The position numbers and the translations under genes are program-made. DNA of 64,000 bases, taken from positions 3,113 through 67,112 of the forward strand of contig CAAGJJ010000037.1 of assembly GCA_900770165.1 (NCBI GenBank). The letters are read 5' to 3'. The DNA comes from Clostridia bacterium (lineage in GTDB: Bacteria; Bacillota; Clostridia; Oscillospirales; Acutalibacteraceae). The notes beneath the pieces are model-generated. The model worked only from the letters and a program-made list of their open reading frames with translations, was not told where the DNA came from and ran no database searches. Of this stretch, positions 20,092 to 28,553 are shown piece by piece; position 1 is the first letter of the stretch; each line of letters begins with the position of its first letter.

Positions 20092-21753
20092 ATGACTATT
20101 TTAAAAGGAAAAGGTGTTTTCGGAGGCATCGCCTTTGGTAAGATTAGTATATATAATAGAGAAGAATTTGAAATAAAAAGATATAGGGTTGAAGATACTG
20201 ATTCAGAAATAAGAAGATATGAGAGTGCTAAAAAAATAGCTATTGTCCAATTACAGTCGCTTTACGAAAAAGCATTGCAAGAAGTTGGAGAAACAAATGC
20301 AATGATATTTCAAATTCATCAGATGATGCTTGAAGATCTTGACTATTGTGAATCAATAATAAATATTATAAAAAACCAAAATGTTAACGCTGAGTATGCA
20401 GTCGGAACAACATCAGATAATTTTTCTGAAATGTTTTCATCTATGGATGACAGCTATATGAAAGAAAGGGCGGCGGATGTTAGAGATGTTTCTAAACGCT
20501 TATTGAAAATTCTTGCAGATTCATTAGAAAATGTGGTTTCTTTTAATGAACCGTCTATAATTGCGGCAGATGATCTTGCACCTAGCGAAACGGTTCAGCT
20601 TGATAAAAATAAAGTTTTAGGATTTGTTACAATGAGAGGCTCTTCAAGTTCTCATACAGCTATATTAGCGAGAACCATGAATATACCTGCAATTATAGGT
20701 GTTGGAAGTCAGCTAAAAGATGAATTTGATGGCTGTGAAGCAATAATAGATGGATATGCGGGAGACGTTTATATAAATCCTGATCATGACACTATTCAAA
20801 AGATGCGAGAAAAGCAAGAAGCAAAAGAGAGGCAAGCAGCATTGCTACTGGAACTAAAAGGCAGAGAGAATATTACGCTAGATGGTAAACACATTGAAAT
20901 ATTTGCTAATATTGGTAATTCATCTGATGTAGGCGCAGTATTGCAAAATGATGCTGGTGGAATTGGTTTATTTAGAAGTGAGTTTTTATATCTTGAAAAT
21001 GATGATTATCCATCAGAGGATCAACAATTTGCTGTTTATAAAGATGTTGCAGAAAAAATGAGCGGTAAAAAAGTTATAATAAGAACTTTAGACATTGGTG
21101 CAGATAAACAAGTAGATTATTTTGAAATGCCACATGAGGAAAATCCTGCTATGGGGTATAGAGCTATAAGAATGTGTTTAGATAGGTTAGATATATTTAA
21201 AACACAGTTGAGAGCATTATATAGAGCGTCGGCATTTGGAAAAATAGCTATAATGTTTCCTATGATTATATCGGTTGATGAAGTCAAGAAAATAAAAGAA
21301 ATTATAAAAGTTGTAAAAAAAGAATTAGAAGAAGACGAAATACAATTTTCTAATGATGTTGAGTTAGGTATAATGATAGAAACACCTGCTGCGGCCATAA
21401 TTAGTGATGATTTAGCAAAAGAAGTGGACTTCTTTAGCATAGGTACAAATGATTTATCACAGTATACTTTGGCTATTGATAGACAGAACGATAAACTTAC
21501 CAGTATATTTGATTCACATCATAAAGCAATACTTAGACTGATTAAATTTGTCGCAGATAATGCACATAAAAATGGCATTTGGGTAGGCATTTGTGGTGAG
21601 CTAGGTGCTGATGAATCACTTACTGAAACGTTTTTGTCTATGGGGATTGATGAGTTGTCTGTCTCTCCTCCTTATGTTTTAGGAATTAGGAAAAAAGTAA
21701 TAGAGACAGATGTATCGAAAGTTAAGGAAAAAATTCTCGAAGCAATAAAATAG
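20092..21753 (+). CDS. ptsI: PTS enzyme I (phosphoenolpyruvate-protein phosphotransferase)
   Basis: SSHTAILAR phospho-His motif and a PEP-utilising TIM-barrel domain. Confidence 0.92.
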   Translation: MTILKGKGVFGGIAFGKISIYNREEFEIKRYRVEDTDSEIRRYESAKKIAIVQLQSLYEKALQEVGETNAMIFQIHQMMLEDLDYCESIINIIKNQNVNAEYAVGTTSDNFSEMFSSMDDSYMKERAADVRDVSKRLLKILADSLENVVSFNEPSIIAADDLAPSETVQLDKNKVLGFVTMRGSSSSHTAILARTMNIPAIIGVGSQLKDEFDGCEAIIDGYAGDVYINPDHDTIQKMREKQEAKERQAALLLELKGRENITLDGKHIEIFANIGNSSDVGAVLQNDAGGIGLFRSEFLYLENDDYPSEDQQFAVYKDVAEKMSGKKVIIRTLDIGADKQVDYFEMPHEENPAMGYRAIRMCLDRLDIFKTQLRALYRASAFGKIAIMFPMIISVDEVKKIKEIIKVVKKELEEDEIQFSNDVELGIMIETPAAAIISDDLAKEVDFFSIGTNDLSQYTLAIDRQNDKLTSIFDSHHKAILRLIKFVADNAHKNGIWVGICGELGADESLTETFLSMGIDELSVSPPYVLGIRKKVIETDVSKVKEKILEAIK

Positions 21754-21831
21754 GTACATTCATTAATAATTGTTTATCTTTTATAATAAAAGTTTTGAAC
21801 AAAAGTTTATTTAATATAATAGGGGGCAGTT

Positions 21832-22311
21832 ATGTTTGGATTTAAAAAGAAAGAAGAGGAGAAAAAAGTCCTAGCAACTCAAAATGGCAAAGTTGTAAAT
21901 TTAGAGGAAGTACCAGACGAAGTATTTGCTCAAAAAATGTTAGGCGATGGTGTAGCAATAATTCCAGAAAGTGATGATATACATTCACCTGTAGATGGTA
22001 CTATAGTGCAAGTTTCAGATACTCTTCATGCTTATGGTATACAAACAGACGATGGATTAGATATATTAGTTCATATAGGTGTTAATACTGTTGAACTAAA
22101 AGGAGAAGGCTTTGAAAGTCTTGTAAAAGAAGGCGATAAAGTAAAAACTGGAGATATAATTGCAAAAGCAGATTTAGACTTTATAAAAAGTAAGAATTAT
22201 GAAACATACACTCCAATATTAATTACAAATTTTGATGAAGTTAAATCGTTTTCTAAAAATTTAGGATTAGCTAAAGCTGGAGAAACAGTAGTATTCACTT
22301 ATAAGAAATAG
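21832..22311 (+). CDS. crr: PTS glucose-family EIIA component
   Basis: The HAYGIQTDDGLDILVHIGVNTV motif is the EIIA-Glc signature. Confidence 0.88.
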   Translation: MFGFKKKEEEKKVLATQNGKVVNLEEVPDEVFAQKMLGDGVAIIPESDDIHSPVDGTIVQVSDTLHAYGIQTDDGLDILVHIGVNTVELKGEGFESLVKEGDKVKTGDIIAKADLDFIKSKNYETYTPILITNFDEVKSFSKNLGLAKAGETVVFTYKK

Positions 22312-22401
22312 TTATTTTATGTATATAGTTGAATAAATTGTGTAATATATGAAATATAGTAGGAATAATTGTTACAATTTAAATATAATTAGAGACAAAG
22401 G

Positions 22402-24015
22402 ATGGGAGTAAATTTGAAAAAGGAAAACAAAGTTTTCAGCGTTCTTCAACGTATAGGACGTTCGTTTATGTTTCCAATAGCATTATTACCTGTAGCAGGA
22501 TTATTATTAGGGATAGGATCTTCATTTACTAATGAGACTATGATTATGTCTTATGGACTACAAAATTTTCTTGGTGCAGGCACATTTATGAATAAGGTTC
22601 TTACAGTTATGTCAGACACCGGCAATATAATTTTTGCAAATCTTCCAATAATATTTGCAATGGGTGTAGCATTGGGCATGGCGGAAAAAGAAAAAGCAAC
22701 TGCAACATTATCTTCGGCAATTGCATTTTTTGTTATGCATCAGACTATTAATTCATTATTAAAAATAAATGGTAAGCTCGAAGAAGGAATGATGCTTGAA
22801 GGTACTACTGGAGATGTTTGTGGAATAACATCTCTGCAAATGGGTGTTTTCGGCGGAATAATAGTAGGACTGGGTGTAGCAGCACTGCATAATAGGTTTT
22901 ATAAGATTAAATTACCTACAGTTATATCATTTTTTGGTGGGACAAGGTTTATTCCAATAATTTCCACATTAGCATATATTATTGTTGGAGCAATAATGTA
23001 TTTTGTATGGCCATTTATTCAAGATGGAATATATTTATTAGGTGGTATTGTAACAAATTCTGGATATGCAGGAACATTTGTATATGGAATTATAGAAAGA
23101 GCATTAATACCATTTGGTTTACATCATGTATTTTATATGCCATTCTGGCAAACTGGCTTAGGTGGAACAATGGTTATAGATGGAGTAACTGTACAGGGAG
23201 CACAAAATATTTTCTTTGCACAGCTTGCATCTCCTAATGTAGCTCAGTTTAGTGTCGATGCAACTCGATTTATGGCAGGAAAATTCCCATTTATGATGTT
23301 TGGTTTGCCTGGTGCTGCATTAGCTATGTATACAACTGCAAAACCATCTAAAAAGAAAATAGTTTATGGACTATTATTTTCTGCAGCTTTAACTTCATTT
23401 CTAACCGGTATTACAGAGCCTTTAGAGTTTACTTTCTTATTTGTTGCACCATTAATGTATGCAATACATTGTGCTCTTGCAGGATTATCTTTTATGTTAA
23501 TGCATATTTTCAATGTTGGTGTAGGAATGACGTTTTCAGGAGGATTTATAGATTTTGTACTATTTGGTGTTCTTCAAGGAAATGGTAAAACCAATTGGAT
23601 TTGGATTGTAATAGTCGGAGCAGCATACTTCTTTATTTATTTCTTTATGTTTAGATTCCTAATTCGCAAGTTTAATTATACAACTCCTGGAAGAGAGGAA
23701 GACGATGAAGAAACTAAACTATATACAAGGAAAGACTATAATAAGAAAAAAGAGGGAAATGGCTCTTCAAATGAAGTTTCATCGCTCATTTTAGAGGGCC
23801 TTGGAGGAATAAACAATATAAAAGATCTTGACTGTTGTGCTACTAGATTAAGAATATCAGTTCATGATTCTTCTAAAGTTGATGATGCATTATTAAAGAA
23901 GAGTGGTGCATCTGGTGTTATAAAGAAGGGCGAGGGAATACAAGTTATATATGGCCCAAGGGTAACAGTTATAAAAAGTGAGTTAGAAGATTATATTGAC
24001 ACGATAAAAAAATAA
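22402..24015 (+). CDS. PTS glucose/GlcNAc-family EIICB component
   Basis: Polytopic EIIC domain plus a C-terminal EIIB domain with the CATRLR motif. Confidence 0.85.
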   Translation: MGVNLKKENKVFSVLQRIGRSFMFPIALLPVAGLLLGIGSSFTNETMIMSYGLQNFLGAGTFMNKVLTVMSDTGNIIFANLPIIFAMGVALGMAEKEKATATLSSAIAFFVMHQTINSLLKINGKLEEGMMLEGTTGDVCGITSLQMGVFGGIIVGLGVAALHNRFYKIKLPTVISFFGGTRFIPIISTLAYIIVGAIMYFVWPFIQDGIYLLGGIVTNSGYAGTFVYGIIERALIPFGLHHVFYMPFWQTGLGGTMVIDGVTVQGAQNIFFAQLASPNVAQFSVDATRFMAGKFPFMMFGLPGAALAMYTTAKPSKKKIVYGLLFSAALTSFLTGITEPLEFTFLFVAPLMYAIHCALAGLSFMLMHIFNVGVGMTFSGGFIDFVLFGVLQGNGKTNWIWIVIVGAAYFFIYFFMFRFLIRKFNYTTPGREEDDEETKLYTRKDYNKKKEGNGSSNEVSSLILEGLGGINNIKDLDCCATRLRISVHDSSKVDDALLKKSGASGVIKKGEGIQVIYGPRVTVIKSELEDYIDTIKK

Positions 24016-24025
24016 ATATTATAAA

Positions 24026-24062
24026 AAGCCAAGTAAATTTACTGTTTGCTTGGCTTTTTATA
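24026..24062 (+). terminator. Intrinsic terminator of the pts operon
   Basis: aaagccaag-...-cttggcttttta. Confidence 0.8.
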
Positions 24063-24065
24063 TAC

Positions 24066-24105
24066 AAAAAAACCGCTGACTTTGTGCATATAGCATGTTC
24101 AGCGG
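24066..24105 (-). terminator. Intrinsic terminator on the minus strand, for the 24229..25110 gene
   Basis: ccgctgaac...gtcagcgg followed by a T-run on the minus strand. Confidence 0.6.
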
Positions 24106-24228
24106 GATAGGACTCTCGGATATTAAGTTTGAAAAATAAGCGTATAAATCTGAATCTATCTGGTTTTGACATGTATACTTTTAGCTATGGGGAAAGGTTG
24201 ATACATACCGTTTTTGCTTTTTATTACT

Positions 24229-25110
24229 TTATTCCACGGGAGTTAATTCATAGGTATCTTTTTTAATTGTGAGATTATACACGGTATCTTTTCCCTCCGG
24301 AGATCTTAAGATTAACTTTGTCGTTCCAAGCCTTTTGAAATCGGCGTGGATTTTATAGCTATCCAATTTATCTGAATAAACAATAGAAACTTTTCCATAA
24401 GCTTCGTTTTCCAAAGAAGCTGTATAAGAATCATCAAAAAAGACTTCTCCGCTTTCACTGCTTGGAAGGATATCTGTGCTGTAAAATTCGTGTTTGTATA
24501 TCACGCCGGCAACTGACGCTGCAGCAAGAATTACAACAGCAATCAATAATCCTACGCGTTTGATATTTTTATTTTCAAACGCAACAGCCGGGTATAGCAA
24601 CACTGTCACAGCGCAAAATACAGTACTCAGCAAATAATACGGGAAATATGTAATTACGTTGCTCAAGAAACCTGCATAATAAAAACCTACTATTCCCATC
24701 ATTGGAGTCAAGACAAGAAGTCCCCACCACTTATCTTTTTTTATATAATAGCCGATAAATCCCATAGGGAAAGTACACAGTGTCATTTTGAACCAATACT
24801 TATAATAGGTAAATATCAACCAGCCTCCTTCGTAAAACGGTACTTGAACAAGATATACCAATGGTTGACTGATCAGGAAAAAAACAAAGCACTTTAACCC
24901 AGAATCAAGAGGAGATTTGCTGTTTAAGATGATAAAAATACCAAACAGAATCCAACGCTCAGGCGAAATAGATATATCAGCAAAAGAAGTATCTTTTACA
25001 AACGGTAATAATGCTATAATACCAGTATATACGCCGGCAACGATTGCAAAAATGATAATCTTACTCCATGTGAGGTTTGTTTCTCTAAATAACTTCTTTA
25101 TTTTTAACAT
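24229..25110 (-). CDS. Hypothetical polytopic membrane protein with a C-terminal soluble domain; local GC is higher than the flanks
   Basis: 293 aa with several predicted TM helices; no family recognised; the region is noticeably GC-richer than the surrounding sequence. Confidence 0.6.
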   Translation of the reverse strand: MLKIKKLFRETNLTWSKIIIFAIVAGVYTGIIALLPFVKDTSFADISISPERWILFGIFIILNSKSPLDSGLKCFVFFLISQPLVYLVQVPFYEGGWLIFTYYKYWFKMTLCTFPMGFIGYYIKKDKWWGLLVLTPMMGIVGFYYAGFLSNVITYFPYYLLSTVFCAVTVLLYPAVAFENKNIKRVGLLIAVVILAAASVAGVIYKHEFYSTDILPSSESGEVFFDDSYTASLENEAYGKVSIVYSDKLDSYKIHADFKRLGTTKLILRSPEGKDTVYNLTIKKDTYELTPVE

Positions 25111-25158
25111 GAGTTTGGCTCCTTTGAAAATTATTATTTACATGTTTAGATTTTATAA

Positions 25159-25187
25159 ATTATACCATATAGAACATCGCGTATCAA
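25159..25187 (-). promoter_or_regulatory. Consensus extended -10 sigma-A promoter (ttgata-17-TGgtataat) for the membrane-protein gene
   Basis: Minus-strand sequence ttgatacgcgatgttctatatggtataat, about 45 nt upstream of the start. Confidence 0.6.
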
Positions 25188-25472
25188 CGTCCATTTTCGA
25201 ACAAATCAGTAAACTTTTTATAAATTTCGTTTTGTTTTGCTGCGTTATTCGCCGACATACGCCATTTTTCACTGTGTAGCGAAATCAGATGAAAGTTTAA
25301 ATTTCACTTCTTAATTTCAAATGTCAGTCTGCATTGTGTTTATCATCACTCTGGCGGTAGCATTGCGAGTACTTCACTGTGAAAGCTGTTAATTGCTATG
25401 CTATTTTTATTAAAATGTGGTATAAAAAAGAGTAAATTAGTTATAATAAATGTTAATAAAGGGGGAGAAACA

Positions 25473-27044
25473 ATGTCTGATATGTTTTGTTTTCAATGTC
25501 AACAAACTGCTGGTAATGTTGGTTGTGTTCGAACAGGTGTTTGCGGCAAACAACCTATAACAGCGAATTTGCAAGATGATTTGATATGTGAATTAATTAA
25601 ATTGGCTGAAGCTGCAAAAGAGAAAGATTATTATTCAAATGAAGCAACACGCCTTATTATTGATGGTCTGTTTACAACACTTACAAATGTGAACTTTGAT
25701 AATCGTTCAATTAAAGAATTTACAGATCGAGTAATAGCAGAAAGAAAATCTATTTCTTCCGAGGAATACAGTGTGGTAGAGTTATGGAAAGGAAATACAG
25801 ATATAGTATCTTTACGTTCAACTCTTTTATTTGGCATGAAAGGGATGGCGGCATATGCACATCACGCAATGAATTTAGGTTATATTGATAATGACGTTTC
25901 GAAATGGTTTTTTAAGGGACTTTGCGCAATAAACCAGGAGCATACTGTAGAGGAATGGCTGAATTTAATTATGGAGTTTGGTCAAACCAATTTTAAATGT
26001 ATGGAACTTTTAGATAAGGCAAATACTGAATCTTTTGGCTCTCCTGTTCCTACACGTGTAAATATCGATATAAAAAAAGGACCATTTATTGTTGTATCTG
26101 GCCATGATTTAAAAGATCTATCACAATTGTTAGAGCAAACAGATGGGAAAGGGATTAATGTATATACTCATTGTGAAATGCTACCAGCTCATGGATATCC
26201 GGAATTAAAGAAGTATTCTCATTTGGTAGGAAATTTTGGAACAGCATGGCAAAGCCAACAGAAAGAATTTGATAACATTCCTGCACCAATACTATTTACA
26301 ACTAACTGTTTAATGCCTCAACGTCCAAGTTATAAAGATAGGGTGTATACTACATCTGTTGTTGGATATGATGGACTATATCATATAGTAGCAGATAAAG
26401 ACGGAAATAAAGATTTTACACCGATTATTGAACAATCTCTTAAACTTGGCGGATATAAACATGACCGTAGTATGAGCGGAATTAATGGAGGGCATATGCT
26501 GACTACCGGTTATGCTCATAATGCAGTTTTATCGAATGCAGAAAAGATAATAGAATTAATTAGAGATGGTTCTGTTAAACGAATTTTTTTAGTTGGTGGG
26601 TGCGACGGAGCACATCCAGGAAGAAATTATTATACCGAATTTGTAAAACAAACTCCTATGGATTCTTTGATTCTTACATTAGCTTGTGGAAAATATAGAT
26701 TTAATGACCTTGATTTGGGAGAAATAGATGGGTTACCACGAATATTAGATATGGGACAATGTAATGATTCATATAGTGCGATTAGAGTTGCACTTGCATT
26801 AGCAGATGCTTTTGATTGTACAGTGAATGATTTACCATTAACTCTGGTATTATCTTGGTATGAGCAAAAGGCGGTTTGTATTTTATTAACGCTTTTATCA
26901 CTTGGAATAAAAGATATATATCTTGGCCCAACATTACCAGCATTTTTATCAGAAACAGTTGTTAAAACTTTAGTAGATACATTTGGTTTGCAGCCTATTA
27001 CTGCACCTGAGCAGGATATGGATGCAATCCTTAGTAGAGTTTAA
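25473..27044 (+). CDS. hcp: Hydroxylamine reductase (hybrid-cluster protein); start taken at MSDMFCFQCQQT
   Basis: N-terminal Cys cluster CFQCQQT...CVRTGVCGK; RBS agggggag upstream. Confidence 0.9.
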   Translation: MSDMFCFQCQQTAGNVGCVRTGVCGKQPITANLQDDLICELIKLAEAAKEKDYYSNEATRLIIDGLFTTLTNVNFDNRSIKEFTDRVIAERKSISSEEYSVVELWKGNTDIVSLRSTLLFGMKGMAAYAHHAMNLGYIDNDVSKWFFKGLCAINQEHTVEEWLNLIMEFGQTNFKCMELLDKANTESFGSPVPTRVNIDIKKGPFIVVSGHDLKDLSQLLEQTDGKGINVYTHCEMLPAHGYPELKKYSHLVGNFGTAWQSQQKEFDNIPAPILFTTNCLMPQRPSYKDRVYTTSVVGYDGLYHIVADKDGNKDFTPIIEQSLKLGGYKHDRSMSGINGGHMLTTGYAHNAVLSNAEKIIELIRDGSVKRIFLVGGCDGAHPGRNYYTEFVKQTPMDSLILTLACGKYRFNDLDLGEIDGLPRILDMGQCNDSYSAIRVALALADAFDCTVNDLPLTLVLSWYEQKAVCILLTLLSLGIKDIYLGPTLPAFLSETVVKTLVDTFGLQPITAPEQDMDAILSRV

Positions 27045-27107
27045 TAGTAAGATTTTTTAATATGCATTTATTAAAATAATAACTAGCTGAAATATTTAAA
27101 TAAAAAA

Positions 27108-27142
27108 CCTACACTTCGATAAAAAGTGTAGGTATTTATTTG
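27108..27142 (+). terminator. Intrinsic terminator of hcp
   Basis: cctacactt-cgataaaa-aagtgtagg followed by tatttatttg. Confidence 0.8.
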
Positions 27143-27362
27143 TATTTAATTTTTGGTATTTCATATGTATACTTATAATTTTTTAAAATTTAACTTTCAT
27201 AAAATCCTCCTTAAATAAAATGAAAGAGTTTAATTTAATATCGATAAATCAGATAAACTTTGCTAGAAAGTGACATAAAATTACAGATAATTCACAAAAA
27301 ACAGCCTTCAAATATTGGGCAGAAATCTAACTTTTGAGGTGTAGTTTATAAGAGGTGCCTTT

Positions 27363-27437
27363 ATGATTTGTGATGCTGCATCTTGTTTAGAACTTGTTTA
27401 TTCTTGTTTGAAAAGTGTAGGATTTATGTGGGGTTAA
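27363..27437 (+). CDS. Candidate small ORF encoding a 24-aa Cys-containing peptide, MICDAASCLELVYSCLKSVGFMWG
   Basis: RBS aagaggtg 5 nt upstream of the ATG; three Cys residues; lies in a 490-bp intergenic region; not in the ORF track. Confidence 0.3.
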   Translation: MICDAASCLELVYSCLKSVGFMWG

Positions 27438-27627
27438 GGATATTAAAGGAGAAAGCTTTTAAGTATTTATACTAAAAATCTATATTTTGAAATACCTAAG
27501 GTAATATTGAATAAATCTCTTTTTGTGGAATGTTTGGTTATTTTGTCAATAGAAAGAAATTGATATTCTTTTTATACTTATAGTAACGAGATATTTTCAC
27601 ATGATTTTTAGAAAGGAAATATTTTAA

Positions 27628-28422
27628 ATGATTAAAAACAAAGTAAAAAAACTAACAAGTATTTGTCTAGCAGTTATTTTATTGTCAAGCGTATCTTTAA
27701 ATGCATATGCTGGAGGTTCGGTATCTATGGTAAATAATATTGTAGTTATTAAAAATGATAAAAATAACATAAAAGAAAATGCATTTAGAGGATGTAAAAA
27801 CTTAGAACAAGTAATAATTGAAGATGGAATAACAAAGATTAATGACGGTGCATTTAGAGATTGCATAAATTTAACTTCTATTACTATTCCAAACAGCGTA
27901 ACAGAGATTGGTACAAGTGCATTTGAAAGTTGCACGAGTTTAACTGATGTATCTATTGGTAACGGTGTAAAAGAGATTGGTGTATCTGCATTTAATGGTT
28001 GCAAAAGATTAACATCTATAACTATCCCAAGTAGTATAACAAAGATTAATGGATGGGCATTTCAAGGTTGCACGAGTTTAACTGATGTAGCTATTGATAA
28101 TGGTGTAGAAGAGATTGGTTCATCTGCATTTAATGGTTGTAAGAGATTAACATCTATAACTATCCCAGGTAGTGTGACAAAGATTAATGACTATGCGTTT
28201 TATAAATGCAGTAATTTGAGATCAGTTACTTATTTGGGTGTAAGTGATCCTGGTAAAGCAACTTATTATAAAGGAATATTAAGGGTAAATAAAAATATAT
28301 TTGATTATACTGAATATAATGCTGGCTCCCATTTTTTAAAGCGTAGCTATGAACCGGTTAAAGTACCTAGTGGTTATAGCGATGACTTATTTTGTGGAAG
28401 AAAGACAATTCCTATGGAATAA
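27628..28422 (+). CDS. Secreted BspA-type leucine-rich-repeat protein
   Basis: Signal peptide MIKNKVKKLTSICLAVILLSSVSLNAYA; repeated AFxGCxxLTSITIPxSVTxIGxxAF units typical of the LRR_5 family. Confidence 0.8.
   Translation: MIKNKVKKLTSICLAVILLSSVSLNAYAGGSVSMVNNIVVIKNDKNNIKENAFRGCKNLEQVIIEDGITKINDGAFRDCINLTSITIPNSVTEIGTSAFESCTSLTDVSIGNGVKEIGVSAFNGCKRLTSITIPSSITKINGWAFQGCTSLTDVAIDNGVEEIGSSAFNGCKRLTSITIPGSVTKINDYAFYKCSNLRSVTYLGVSDPGKATYYKGILRVNKNIFDYTEYNAGSHFLKRSYEPVKVPSGYSDDLFCGRKTIPME
27850..28210 (+). repeat. Near-identical 138-bp tandem repeats inside the LRR gene
   Basis: Copies starting at 27931 and 28069, and at 27987 and 28125, are more than 90% identical at the nucleotide level. Confidence 0.8.
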
Positions 28423-28553
28423 ATTACGCAAAAAACAAAATAGAAAAATGATTTAGATAATGATTTTTAAGATTATATGCAAAAGTTCAGTTGAATTTAA
28501 GTCTGTTTATTATATTAGTAGCATAGTTTAATTAGTATTTTTATGGATAAATA

